A program made the position numbers and the translations under genes. A stretch of 64,000 nucleotides of DNA from Phoronis australis (Eukaryota; Animalia; Phoronida): contig NMRA01000530.1 in assembly GCA_002633005.1 (NCBI GenBank), forward strand, positions 51,706 through 115,705. Reading direction: 5' to 3'. Shown here piece by piece: positions 1-12,640 of this stretch. The notes under the pieces were generated by a model, which was given only the letters and a program-made list of their open reading frames with translations, had not been told where the DNA came from and searched no databases. Positions within the stretch are counted from its first letter, which is position 1; each line of letters opens with the position of its first letter.

Positions 1-628
1 CAGAAGGGGAGTGTTTTTCACGACGAGAGCTAGGTTGCGCTTTTTCAATAAATTTCCTTCGAAAGAATTCATTTTATGGTTAGGATCTCAATAAAAATAT
101 ATATTTTGTACCAGCATTCTAAAGGATACTATTTTAAAAAAACAAAAACAAAACAAAATGTTTACAATTTCAAGAATAAACTGGTTCCTCTTTATTCCTA
201 CTTGGGGAATTTTATCCTTGAAGGAGGGTTTCCATAAACCGTAAAAATGGTTGAGTATCCCGCGGGCGAGTGGCATCAGGTGGAAAAATATAACATATTT
301 TAATGTTGAATATCCAACCGGCTAACGACGTCGAGTCGACATTGACCTAACTTTTGAATTTTCTATGTCAGAGGTCACTGTTGAAGTAGTGCGGGGTGTG
401 AATTCAGAAAACATTATTACATGGCCGTATTGCACTCGACTAATTCAACGCGTATGAGATTAAAAGTAGTTCCTCTTTACTACTGCTTGGGGAATTTTAT
501 CCTGATGAGAGGGTTTCCAAATTTCTAAGCGGCATAACCCCTGAAAATAGTATTATCTCTTGGTCAACTTCCATCAGGTGGAAAAGTATAACATATTTTA
601 ATATTAAATATCCACATTATTTCACCAG

Positions 629-3600
629 TACTTCGATGGCCTTGAGGCCGGGCAAGCTATAGCTGGTAACTTGGACGCAGTCTGTAAAGACGCGTTAATT
701 GACCAGCAAAAAGTCAACGAGAAGCCGGACGGAACTCTGGCTTACCCAAAGGAGTTTGAATCATTCTGCCCAAACATGTGCAACCTACACGGAAAGTGCA
801 AGAGTGGAAAATGCATTTGCTACGCGGGGTATGGCTCAGAGGACTGCTCGGTGAACTTAAAGGAACCGCCTACTGTCGATGGATTCGTTGGGTAACGTAT
901 TGTCTCCGACAGCGTGTCATTTATTATTTAATAATAAAAGAAGCAGTTCCCGAAGTTAAATTAGAAATTAACCTACAAATCCTTGTTTATCTTGGAGAGA
1001 CATTTTCAGTGTAAATCACTTGATGTGTAGCAATAGATGACATAACCCGGCACAGCCAAAGGTCCGATGGTTTTTGCATTCCATTGAGCAAATAAGAATG
1101 ACCAACACAGGTTGTGTTCAATGGCTATTAGGATATTAATTTTGTTTATTCAGTGGAAGTGAAGGCAGAACCAAGATGCAGCCCTTTTGCAGGACAGTCT
1201 ACATCGCGTTTTTTGTTCAGTTGGTAGTAGGCTAAATGCACGATAGTGGATAAGCAATTATTGCAGAATTACCTTTAAGACAAGTAGGAATTCACTGAAC
1301 GTTAAATGAAAAACTGCTGCGTTCACGATTACCTTTTGGTAAACAGATCGCCGCAAACTCAAACTATCCAATCATCTGCACCGTTGTGGAAGAAGAGGAC
1401 ATAAGACGTCCATCGGATTCATTTTAGTCAAAAACTTCATGAAGAGATTTTAACGCAAGTTATGCCAGTCGAATCTTGAACCCAAAAATGCTCATTCAAC
1501 ACAACTCCAAGTATTTTTAAACTTATTAGTTGAATTTAATATGAAATTTCAGTTGAATTTTTATTTTGGTGGTGCACCGCCTCCTAAAATGGTGCAAAGG
1601 GCATCTTTAATCACTTTATCCAAAGCCGAAGGCCTGTCTATTAATTAGAAAGTGTTTACTATGAAGCTTTTTCCAAGTATATTATGTTTTACGCATATGA
1701 GATTCTAGTTAGCACTTAACTTAGAAACCCTGGACATGGGATGCGTAGCACTGAAATAAGTGAAGGGGGTATAACCCCCTGCCCCCCCCCCCTTATGGAG
1801 TGCGCCACCTACATTACATGTGTGCTAGATTCGAGCCACACTCTCCAAAGTCAAACTCGTGTTCAGGATCGAACTCAGAATACACATATGTACATGTATG
1901 TATGTATGTATGCATATATATATATAAATGTGTGTATGTATGTAAGTTCGTGCATGTGTACTAGTTATTACCTGAAATTTTGTAATAAATTTGGACAAAA
2001 TCACGTCGACTTTTTAAGGTATTTTTCATAATGTTATCACGTGATTTTCCAGCGGTCAATCGTGTGACGCGAGTCGGGTACCGTGCTTTGAACTATATCC
2101 TCTGGTGTCAAATGTCCTCAACACAACGACACTCAGATGTCTCTACTCAACTACATTGGTGAGTAAGCCCTGTACATATTATCGTTTACTTTTACTCTGA
2201 ACAGTTAGTGACCGACTTTTGCTAAGCAGCATGCGGGAAATCGAAAGTCTTCATTGGTGACGCTCGACAGTTTTTGCTGGTTCTGGGCTTAAACAAAATC
2301 AGTTCAGCAACACACAGCTCCACCTCTCTGGACAAAACAGGAAATTATAAAGAGTGATCAGGAGAGAAGACTACAAAACGTTTCACAAACTCCAATAAAA
2401 CTTATTAATCAAAGAAAGTTATAAATATAAGTAAAGTATGCCCAAGAAGCTGCCGTAAGAATCTAAAATTACATATTCTTCTCAAAAGAAGACTCTCAAA
2501 TGAATTTTGAAAAAAAAATTCATTTTCAGGATGGAAAGCTGCATAAACTTTCAATGCAAGCAAAGTTCGTTGATTTCCGACAAGTTTCGTGCGAAGTGCC
2601 GTTTGCTTTGGATCGAGTATCTATAGGAAGTAAGTAAGGATCAGAATATCTCAAAAACGCTCAGAAACGAATTTCACAGAAGGCATATATTGCTATTTAG
2701 TGGGATTTAAGGCAGTTTTTCTATTCGAAGCACTGAGATTTGCTGGACGTTCCCGAACTTGACGCTATCACACAACTAAGGAAACAGGAGCCCGTTCCAA
2801 GAAAACTAACTTCAGAGGCGGATCTACAGGGGGTTCAACCCCCCCTCGGGACAGGATCAAAAATAAAAATTGAAAAAAATCCGCCAGAAAAACGAAATTA
2901 GCTACCAAAAACCACAAAACATCTTACACGGGGAAACCCCCTGCCGACCTTCCTTCCGCTCGGCGCTACGCGCTTCGGATTCGCTCGAATCCAAACCCCC
3001 CCTTACTGAAAACGTAGATCTGCCACTGAACTTAGATAAGACAAATATTTATATTTAGTCAAGTTTAAGATCACAAGTCGACATCAAGAAAAGAGATGTT
3101 AAGTTTGACTTAAGTTTTTGATTTAAGTTTTGTCCTAATTTTGACAAATTAACTTGCCAGATGTGAAAGTTTCTAAGTTTGGAAGTCGAGACAAATACAA
3201 GACTTAAGTAAAAAATGAACTTAAGTTAGTTTCCTGGAACGGGCCCCAGAGCTTTAAATGTAAGAACATGAAGCACCCAAGAACAAGTCTTAATAAAGTA
3301 TTCTCCAAACATGTGCTATTCTTTGTTGAAAATGTGAATCACAGTGGTTGAAACAGATGTAGATTAGGACTACACTAGCAAAGAACTGTATAATTGGCAC
3401 CTTAGGTTTCCCTGTACCAGCTTCCCCACTACGTGGCTGCACTCACTTGTTGGCGAATGGATTTGTCCATTTCAGAGGAGCAAATTCGAACATTAGATGT
3501 ATCTCTGACGAACGATGTGAAAACGTTCAGCAAGCCTCTGTCGTTTACCATATACAGTTCTCAATGTTACGCGTGTAACAGAACGGGCACGTGTAAATTG

Positions 3601-5269
3601 AAGGTATGCAACCACTTTTAAGCAATGCTCAATAAAACCGTAATAGAGGGCGACATTGAATAGCAACATCAGCGATAGCGAAGACGAGGATGAGAACAAC
3701 AGTGATTATGGTAACTAACTGTATGAAATATACTGAAGACGAAAAGTCGATATGAAATTTCAAGCTTTCCCCTCTATCACCCTCTAAGAACTTTTTCCCC
3801 AAGCGCATAAAAATGGCAGACTACACGTAGCTCATTTAATTTCCAGCCGCGTAAGTGCGTTATCAATGGAGAATGTTACAACGGAGGTGACACGAGTCCA
3901 CGGGACAACTCGCTTTCTTGTATTCCTTCCATATCCACTGACCACTGGGTCGACGCTGCCGGAGGTAGGTGGAGTTAGTTGTTTCATTGACCTTTCTATT
4001 AATTTCTCACGCAGAATTCTGCAAGATCACAATCCTAGTGTGCCAAGCAGTCTTATGACCCTTTGACATAATTGTATCACTCAGTCAAGAAGCGAGACTT
4101 CTCATGGTTATCTGCCTTCTTTTCAGTCATCCACAGCTGAACAGTCAAGAACTCATGGCTCAACTAGAGTAGGGCCTATCATCTTTTTAAGTTATGCGAT
4201 TAAATGTAGTACTACATTCCTAGTAGGAAATAAATATCCTAGATTTAGCTAATTGTTCAAACTAGCCGCAGGGGCTTACCGATTTGAGAGTAAACTAGAA
4301 GATTTCACGTACTGGCGACCACCTCACCAAATGCAACCTCAAGATTGCCGGTGTCAACTTTACCACGCCCTGGCATCTCTAGCAGGAAACATCCCGTCAG
4401 TTGCCCCTTTAAAAGCAGGGGGGTAACTAAAAGAAAACACCTGCAAGAACTGGCCAAATGATACCTCATTGAACATTTTCCTAGCTCTTCGCGGGTAAAA
4501 AAGCTTAGTTGCATCCTAGGCATGCAGTTGAGCTCGAAGGCTTTCGTATGCATCAAGCCTCATGCCTCGAAGTCGATGGGTAATTTTTTATGAGTAAGCA
4601 CATGCGCACACCCAGTCTAAAAATGGGGCTCGAATTTAGGAGAATGTGGACCTTTTGCCAAGACTCAAGGGTACGTTCAGAGCCACGAATTGTGCATCAG
4701 TTCAGAGCTACGAATTGTGCATTCGTCGAATTTTGGTAGATCCTGCCTTTATAGTGGACTTTTGTCACGTTTTCTACTCTAGTGCTCTCAACTGGAACGC
4801 ATATAAAATTCCATGGAGATCCACCAATGATCTTGGTAGACATTGAGGCATAGGCAAAAAAGGCAACAAATTCGTTACTAGGGGGACACACTACAGTAGT
4901 TGGTTGGTGAGGAAATCTCTGAAATATAAATACAAGTTGAACCTGGTCGCGAGTTTCATCCATCGAACTGAGTATGCCAAAGCTCCGTCTTGGGTTACTT
5001 CCAGTTCACTTTCCCTTCATCAAAACGTGCTGGTGGCAATAATTAACTACAACAAATTGGATTAGAAGACAGTTTTGAAAACTGTTCAAGGAAAGCATAC
5101 CACATATATATCTCGGTTACAGGCACTGTATCATCATTATTTCTCAGTGATACGGTCTATAACTGACTGTAGGTGCAGATACAATTGTTCTCACAATTTG
5201 AGTAATATAGTGGACACAATAGCGGCTAAAATTTGGACAACGTGCGACAATCTGGACCGCGAATGCTAA
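629..5269 (+). CDS. VWDE: von Willebrand factor D and EGF domain-containing-like protein, 3' exons (gene begins upstream of the window)
   Basis: Phase-consistent GT-AG exons: 629-891 (YFDGLEAG...CPNMCNLHGKCKSGKCICYAGYGSEDCS, EGF-like), 2053-2158 (GQSCDASRVPC...LRC), 2530-2629 (AKFVDFRQVSCEVP), 3476-3603 (DVSLTNDVKTFS...IYSSQCYAC...CKLK), 3847-3964 (CVINGECYNGGD...CIPSISTDHW). The motif order matches the post-VWD region of VWDE-family proteins as I recall it. The terminal exon 5148-5269 is tentative: phase and acceptor fit, but homology is not recognised. Confidence 0.78.
2785..3249. mobile_element. Harbinger-like MITE hosting a nested MITE
   Basis: Imperfect TIR GAGCCCGTTCCAAGAAAACTAACTT / AAGTTAGTTTCCTGGAACGGGCCC with CAG on both flanks. 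Confidence 0.7.
2813..3028. mobile_element. hAT-type MITE (CAGTGGCGGATCT family)
   Basis: TIR CAGAGGCGGATCTAC / GTAGATCTGCCACTG, with AACTT on both flanks. Confidence 0.8.
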
Positions 5270-5284
5270 TCCAAAAAATTACCA

Positions 5285-5496
5285 AAATAATTGCAGGCGG
5301 TCTGGTACACGTTGTAGGCATACCAGAATTGCACTGATCAACAGGAACCATCTTATGCTTTATTAAAATGTTGTTAAAACCTAGCTGAGGCGCTAGAGAC
5401 CCGACTCAAGGTCTAGCAGTGGTACCCAGTGGGACTGGAACCAACGACCTCGAGCCGAAGGAAGCAGAAATTTACCCCACTAGGCCACACGGATCC
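5285..5496 (-). mobile_element. tRNA-derived SINE, family A, full-length-looking
   Basis: Minus-strand head with A box TGGCCTAGTGG and B box GGTTCCAGTCC. The body is shared with three other copies in the window. Confidence 0.8.
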
Positions 5497-5952
5497 CTCG
5501 CTGACCCAAATAGGTTTACCAAAGACAATTTGCGTCTGTACATTACCCCATATTTACGTAGAGCTATGGTTACCAGAACGGGGAGATGAAATTTAAATGT
5601 AATTCTTGCAAGTGATTGCTGGTAATCATATTAGAATTCATGCGGGGGATTGCAAGTTGAACTGGTTTGGCGGATAGAGAAGCAGACAACAAAACAGGGT
5701 GGCGAAGAATATGTCAAATCCACTTCAAAATTGAAAGACGCTGTTGTTCATCATCACGAGTCTTTATTGTAATACTTCAAGGCCGTCCTCCCACTATACA
5801 ATAAAATTTTCAGTTATCAAGTGACGCTAACGAGGATTCAAATTAAGAGAATTTCTCTTAATTTTACTAAATTATACACAAATTTAAAGAGGTTTTTAAG
5901 AATTCATGTTGCATAGTACTTTGACATTATCCATGAGGAATGTAATTTACTG

Positions 5953-6029
5953 AGATTACCACCAACGTGGATTCAAACCTAGAACTTTTCTGCTAGTACT
6001 CAAAAACTACACTACCTGAACTAAATCCC
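5953..6029 (-). mobile_element. tRNA-like SINE head remnant
   Basis: Minus strand TAGTTCAGGTAG...GGTTTGAATCC degenerate A/B boxes. Confidence 0.4.
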
Positions 6030-6295
6030 ACTTGATAAATGTCAAGGGTACTTAATCAATGCCTACTTAAGTGATAAAGACACTGACCTTGATTTCGGGG
6101 AAGGTCATCTATATTACAGTCAGAAGTAACAATTTGAAAAAAACACAAAACAACGATTGTATTGTTTTCTAGCTCCGGTCAAAGCCAATAATTATTCTAT
6201 CCCATCTAACAATAATCCCACATCAACGTGTTTTTGGCTGCAAAACAACAATTTCCATTTAAATTAAACAAACAAAACTCAAAAAAGCTCCCACT

Positions 6296-9200
6296 TTATT
6301 TCAGGTAAGTTGTAACCGCATGTCGTATCTGTTTGATGTTTTCTGAGTACACTCGACAGCAACCACCAATCCAGCGAACCCCCAAGTCCAGCCACTCTGG
6401 AGCATACTCATGTATTGCACGGCAGTCTTCGAAGCCATACCATCTGAAAAGGCCGTTATCAAAATTCTAATGTATTCTTTTGCAAGTCATAGCCACTGGT
6501 GAAATGACAAAACATTTAATATGTAAATGCTGAACAAAGAAAACTAGAAATGGTCTTGTACCATGAACTGTTATTATATGTCAGTCACAATATTCTCTAA
6601 AATCCTAGTTATTGCTTATCAGCAGTTTTTATTTTATGGTCATTTCAGAATGACTAGTCTTAATTTCATTTGTTTGTCTAATTCTAATTGATGCAACAGT
6701 AATCAGTCAACCACCAAGCCCAAGACTCTCAAATAAACCAACAATCACCTACATAGCCAATATTAACCCCATTAGATACTTGTCAGCAATAGACTACCAC
6801 AGTGGGAGCCTGGTTTAACAGTCCATAACCTCTGAATAAACATCTATTGTGCGTGAAACAATGGTGGCCACATGACTACTCAAACACCACACTTGACTTT
6901 GAATGAGCCCTAATTCTTCACTGTGTGATCAAATGGCACATTAAATAAAGACAGTGCAAGCTTATATAAGTATGTAAATCTTAAACCAGTGTGGAAACAT
7001 AGATCCCAAACAATTATAAGTCTGGTCAGCATGCCACCTGTTGGCCGCATCACGTAACCTAAATGAATATTAGTCTGAAAAGATTTCTGCCCCAACCGAT
7101 ACACTCAAAAGTTCAAGGGCAAGATGCCCACTACTAAGTCTTATTGGACTTCTGTATTCAACTGGTGTTGCTGATGGCTCATTGGACTAGAGCAGAAGGT
7201 CGCAAGTTCGAGTCCCACTTTTGGTAGAAATCTTTTCAAACTTGCATTCATTTAGGTCAAGTGATTTTGCCAACAGGTGACGTACTGACCACACTTATAT
7301 ACATTTGCGACAATACCAGCTTAGTGACCTATAGTCACTAGTGGCTGCTTGTTACTGAACTTGAGGACTGTTCAGGTCCACAGATGCACCTTAGCAGGGA
7401 GAATTCAAAAAGAACCACCCCGCTTGCATTGATATACTGATGCACTGTGATTGCTTAACTCAGGCCCACAGATGCATTAAAACTGTGTCATAGTCATTCC
7501 TTACTTTGTCTTGAATAATACACAAATCATTCTGATTCAGACACAATAATCATGAAGAACAGCTGACCAAAACTACTGTCATTGACCTAAACTGCAGAGT
7601 TAGCAACATGGAGTCTACAGTGATCCCAAATGAGGATTTTGCGTTTTGTTAAATTGAAATATAGTTAGCCGTTTAGACCAAGCAATAATAGCAGCAGGAT
7701 GTACGATGGTAGAAATCACACAATGAAACACGGACTCCCCAAATAATTAAAAAAAAACGACAAAGAAACACTAGCATGACCCCTAGGTCCTCCAAATTAG
7801 CCCCTAGATTTGAAGCCTTGTGGATCAAAAAGATCTGTGCCTTAGGAAAAACCTTGGCTATGATAAACCCAGGCACCCAGTGCTACAATCACTCACTCTT
7901 TATCCACCCACTCCTCGCCACTGTTGGGGTAGACAATGAAGTCTTTACAGAATCCTTGAGCTGACTTGAGCAAAGGTGTCACATATTGAGGCTTGGTGCA
8001 GTTGATACCAACAGCCACGATGTTGCTAGACTGTGCTGCCACCTGGACAGCTGATGAGAACAATTCACCAGCGCAGGTGTGTGATTCATCCTTCAGAGAA
8101 ATAATTTTTTTAAGGTCGGTTGACTGTTACATGGTTGAATCAGACAATTGAGAGTGAACTTAAACTGGCACACTTTTGTTTTGGGTTTGAGGCAAGGACC
8201 TTACACTACAAGACAGAAAATCAGACAAAATATCACTTCCTTGTCATGAGGGTTAATTCTTTTAACAGCAAAAATGACAGGTTATAATCTTCAACGAGGC
8301 ACAGTTCCAATGAGAATATGCCCTAGCTGTCCTGTTAATTCTCCCTCATTCTCGGTCACCAGGGGAGACTACTCTTACGGTAAATTCGGCTTCCGCCAAG
8401 CGGTCACAACGAGGAAATCTGGGTCACTTGGTCTGAATACTTTTGGCTTGTGTACTGTATGATAGGATTGCAACTGCCAAGAATTGTTAAAAACGAAAAA
8501 ATGTTTAGAAAATACCAAGGTGGTTGTGAGAAGGTCTCCCCAATGAAAATCCACACAATCACCTGTAGGTAGTATCTGCATACATATAAGTGGTTGTATA
8601 ATAATAAATTGTTGGATTTGAGGTAAGCGGTGCATCTATGATATACCACATGTTGTAACAATGCTACGAGATTGGAACTGGTACCCGCCATATTAAGAGT
8701 GATCGCACTAATATTCGATAAAAAAGCACTGCAATACCTTACATGAAAAAGAAAGCCAGGCCTGTACTCCCGGGAACTCCTGCATCAACCCTACAAGTGC
8801 CTGGGCCTCCTTCATGCCCGGAATGGTCTCCAGGGCCAACAAGTCAGCTCCAGCTGATACCAGTGCCTGGATCTTGGGGCGGTGCCAGTCCTGGAGAGCC
8901 TGCAATAATGAAGAAAACTAATGTTTTCAGCATCGAGCTGCGTTTATGTTGAAGTAACTAAATATTATATGAAGTTCCTTCAACACACTTCAAGTTAACA
9001 CACACGCACGCACGCACGCACGGACGCACGCACGCACACACACACAAATTCCTATACATATTCATAGATTAACACACGCACACATATACACATAGATGTA
9101 AAAACACATACAAGTCATGTGTATAAAGACCATTTTGCAATTTAATTTTAATTAGTCTATTGTCTGTTATTCATTGTATTTTACTTCGTTCTGCCTCAAG

Positions 9201-11642
9201 GTCTCATAATTAATGAAAAAATTGAAATTCATAATGTTGCCCTAAAAGTGTGGCATACACCGCGACTTTTTCAACACAAACCCCTGGGCCTAAAATAATT
9301 AGCTATGGTAATTCTTCTCTCACTTAGCACACACCATGCCAGACAAGTATAACATTTTATCAAATTTCTAGGCAAAAATAAAGTTCAAGAAAATTTTAGT
9401 CCGTAGTTAGCGTGACTTGTACTGTGTGGATATCATAAAAACATTTGGTTAAGTCTCCATTTCTTGCAGCGAGGTAATCAGCCTTCAAAAAATTATTGTT
9501 TTTTGAAATAAGTGAAGAATTAGTGCACTCACACTTGTTCTTAATCAGCTTTAAGCTCATATTCATCACTTACTAAACACTGACCTTGATTGACATACTG
9601 TCTAAGTAATGTCCACTGTACTCTGAGCCATCGCAAAGATAAACACCATAAGGTCCAACAGACCCAGCCACCCTGGGTCGATCTCTGCCTAGAGGAAACA
9701 GCATGTGTTGAGAAGAGGTTACCAAACATATACATGCACAGAATCTAGATAGCCATGTCATAATTCTAAGTTATAATTCTCCAGATTGCTCAAATAGATG
9801 TAGTCTTATACTGTCAAACAATTTCAATTTTCAAGATTGCCTGTAAGTTTTTGATTTTTCAGAGGCCTGCATGTATAATTCAAAATTTTGTTTTCTAACG
9901 CTGCTCTACATTACAACGCAAGCAAAAACTTCCTTAAAATCAGGGTCAACTGTACAACAGCAAGAAGTCGTAACTAAAACCTGTTTATTTCACAGGAAGC
10001 ATAAACAGTACTAATGCCACATTAAATGAAAGATAATTAGCACCAAATTAATGCTTTACCATTTTCAAGTTCTGTTTCATAGTTAATATCACACACTAAT
10101 TGTAAAAACTGTGTACACTCACAACAATGAAATAGAATCTCTGATGGCATAAAAAATGAAAGAAAAGAAGTTTCTGCAATTGCTGTTCTCTGAAAATTGG
10201 TAAAATTTAACATCATTCGATACACAAAAAATGAAAAACAACAAATCTTGCATTTGTGAAGACTAAATGAAAATAAGACTTCACATAAAATTCACCTGAA
10301 CTTTTGAACTCATCTGAACAGACAAATTCATCAACAGCTTGTTTTGCTATGAGAACACCTTTTGCAATCAGTTCACTGGCCCTATCTCCAGTCACGCTGA
10401 GATGCCGTTTTAATGCTTCAATACTGGCTTGATAGGTGTTAGTTTCAATAACGTCCGAGCCTGCTTGTAGAAATCTACAACAGTCATCACAATTAAGATA
10501 CGTCAAGTTGACCATGAACATTGAAGACAAATGCACACAAAAACACACTTAGTCTACATAGATAATACATGCATCTGTGGCCAATGATTTTAGATATCAA
10601 CTCTTACATAATGTCTTATATGAGTACTGTAAAATATTCAGATTATGTAGGACCTCATCAATTTTCCATGTGTTTAGCCAAATATCTTCAAAACTTTGGA
10701 TTTGACAGTAAAATTATACAATTTCTGAAAGTAGAAAACCTGTATAACTTGATTTTTGACTTTGTACCAAACTGCTATAAACTTGATAATGTGACTCTTT
10801 ATAGTCAAATTTAGCAAAAAGGTACATCCCCAGCAAAACATATTTATGAATAACATGTGACCAAATTTTGTTTGATATCAATGAACTCGAGATGAAATCT
10901 CAAAAATATCACAGTTTTCTAAACTATCATTTCGTTTTCGTTTTACGCCACTTTTGATTTTTTTCATAAGAATCACAATAGTCTTATTTTTGATAAACCT
11001 GCATGCAAAGTGGAAAATTTTAAGTACAATTTCCAGCAGCATCCTGGAGAAAAGTGTTATATCTGAACATTTTATATGAGTCTGATGAGCCACTGTACCA
11101 AAGTTTGCTACTTTGGCCGTTTTTCGAAGGTTCTACAACTACATACTCATAATCATGCTATTACATGATGGTCCCATACAGTTACCAACCCTGTTCGTCA
11201 CCACCAATAATGCATCCCACATGCCACTCACTTTAAGTGAACAGCCTTTGTTTCATCTGGATGGGTCTGCAGCAACCTGGAACTCCACAAGGGGTCATCC
11301 TGAGAATAAAAGTACAGAATATTTTAGAAATGATATGTGCGGATCAGTAAGAGCAATAAATTATTACCCCTGTCAAGAAATCTTCAAGGATATTTGCCCG
11401 CTCCCTTTAGTATGACCTGTGTCTCACAAAGTCATTTTGCATTTTTTAATCAGTGGCCAATTTTAATTTGTTTTTGGTAATTTGACCCAACTCAATAGAT
11501 CTAAAATGAGAAACAAACGAGAAATAATAAATACTTCCAAGCTCTAAAACAATCTTACATCCATGTGAGAAAACTCAGCAGACCACAGGTTGTGCTTTAA
11601 CACTTCTGTTGCAAATCCTCCGTCCAGTACATGAATCTTCAT
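6296..11642 (-). CDS. HMT: Homocysteine S-methyltransferase (MmuM/HMT family, Zn-dependent), 312 aa, 7 coding exons
   Basis: Exons 11642-11559 (MKIHVLDGGFATE), 11299-11232 (DDPLWSSRLL), 10474-10296 (FLQAGSDVIETNTYQAS), 9688-9585 (VAGSVGPYG...DGSEYSG), 8899-8738 (GADLLALETIP...AWLSFSCK), 8090-7897 (AVGINC...VYPNSGE), 6443-6296 (WIGGCCR, TAA). All junctions are GT-AG and in phase, total 939 nt. The three Zn-ligating Cys (GINC, GGCC) are present. Confidence 0.95.
7170..7245 (+). mobile_element. tRNA-like SINE head remnant in an HMT intron
   Basis: TGGCTCATTGG...AGTTCGAGTCCC boxes, with a shortened anticodon region. Confidence 0.45.
8998..9046. repeat. (CA)n/(CGCA)n microsatellite in an HMT intron
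   Basis: Seen directly. Confidence 0.9.
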
Positions 11643-12516
11643 GGTCACGTATACAGCACAGACACCACTGAGGAGTCACCCCTCCAGCTGAGATGGTGAC
11701 TTTCCAGTGCTCAGTGGTAGCTTTAGAGCACTACTTGACTTGAAAGTGGAAACAATATATAACATTAGTAAGCAGTTAAAATATGCATCTTTCAATAGAA
11801 CCGTTAACTCTACATAAACTGCCTACCATATGTCAGGTCCAAAGAAATGATTTCTAATAAATAAACAACTCATACTACGAGTGAATTTCTTAATTGGTGT
11901 AACTTAGTGGGAGATTCTGTAACTTGGAACTGTGATTTACTCTGACTGAAGCCCACAAATGTCTGGAACAGTGAACAGCAAAATAAAAAACAACAAGAAA
12001 GCTGCACAGTTAGAACACTGCAATAAATTTCTTTCCAAGACAAAATAGCACTTGTGAGTAATTCTTGTTGTTAGAGAGCAAGATGACAAAGCAACAAATG
12101 CACACGTGCCGAAACACTATGTCATTTAAAACAGATTTTGCACACTGTACACATTTTCACATACTACTTAATGACACTACATAACATTGTTAAAATCGCC
12201 CCTTTTAACTGTAGACAGGTCCCCTACCACTGACAGATGGGTGATCTCCCCATAAATCAATGTACATTGCTATTAAACCGCCAGCACACTGGCTGTCAGT
12301 GGAGTTCAGCCTTCCGTTCAGTTCCAATGACACTGACCCAATGAAGGACTATTCAGAAATAAATTTTACTGCAAAAGTATGGCATTTGTCAAGCAAGAAG
12401 GATTTAAATCGGACTGCGATTGGCTTCAAAGGTGTCCATCTTCACTCGAATAGTACATTCAACTACATGACTGAAGCAATTTAGCCAGGGTTTGGCGCAA
12501 TTTTCAGAAAAAAATC

Positions 12517-12640
12517 GGCACTGGTTGGATGTATAGCAGTCCCCGATTTTGAGAACTGCATGCAATCACTGAATAAGGGACCCGATATTCAGTTGGTGAA
12601 ACTATTTCTCAAATCAGGGAAAGCTACATCTACCAGTGCC
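12517..12640. repeat. Imperfect palindrome (~125 bp) upstream of the HMT start exon
   Basis: Nested pairings GGCACTGGT/ACCAGTGCC, GATGTA/TACATC, GATTTTGAGAA/TTCTCAAATC, CTGAATA/TATTCAG. Confidence 0.75.

Noticed and set aside
4127-4140. Alternative VWDE terminal exon (VIHS-stop)
   Set aside because: It is phase-compatible and cannot be excluded, but nothing supports it without cDNA.
6296-11642. HMT as bacterial contamination or recent horizontal transfer
   Set aside because: It has six canonical spliceosomal introns, and MmuM-type HMTs are widespread in invertebrates.
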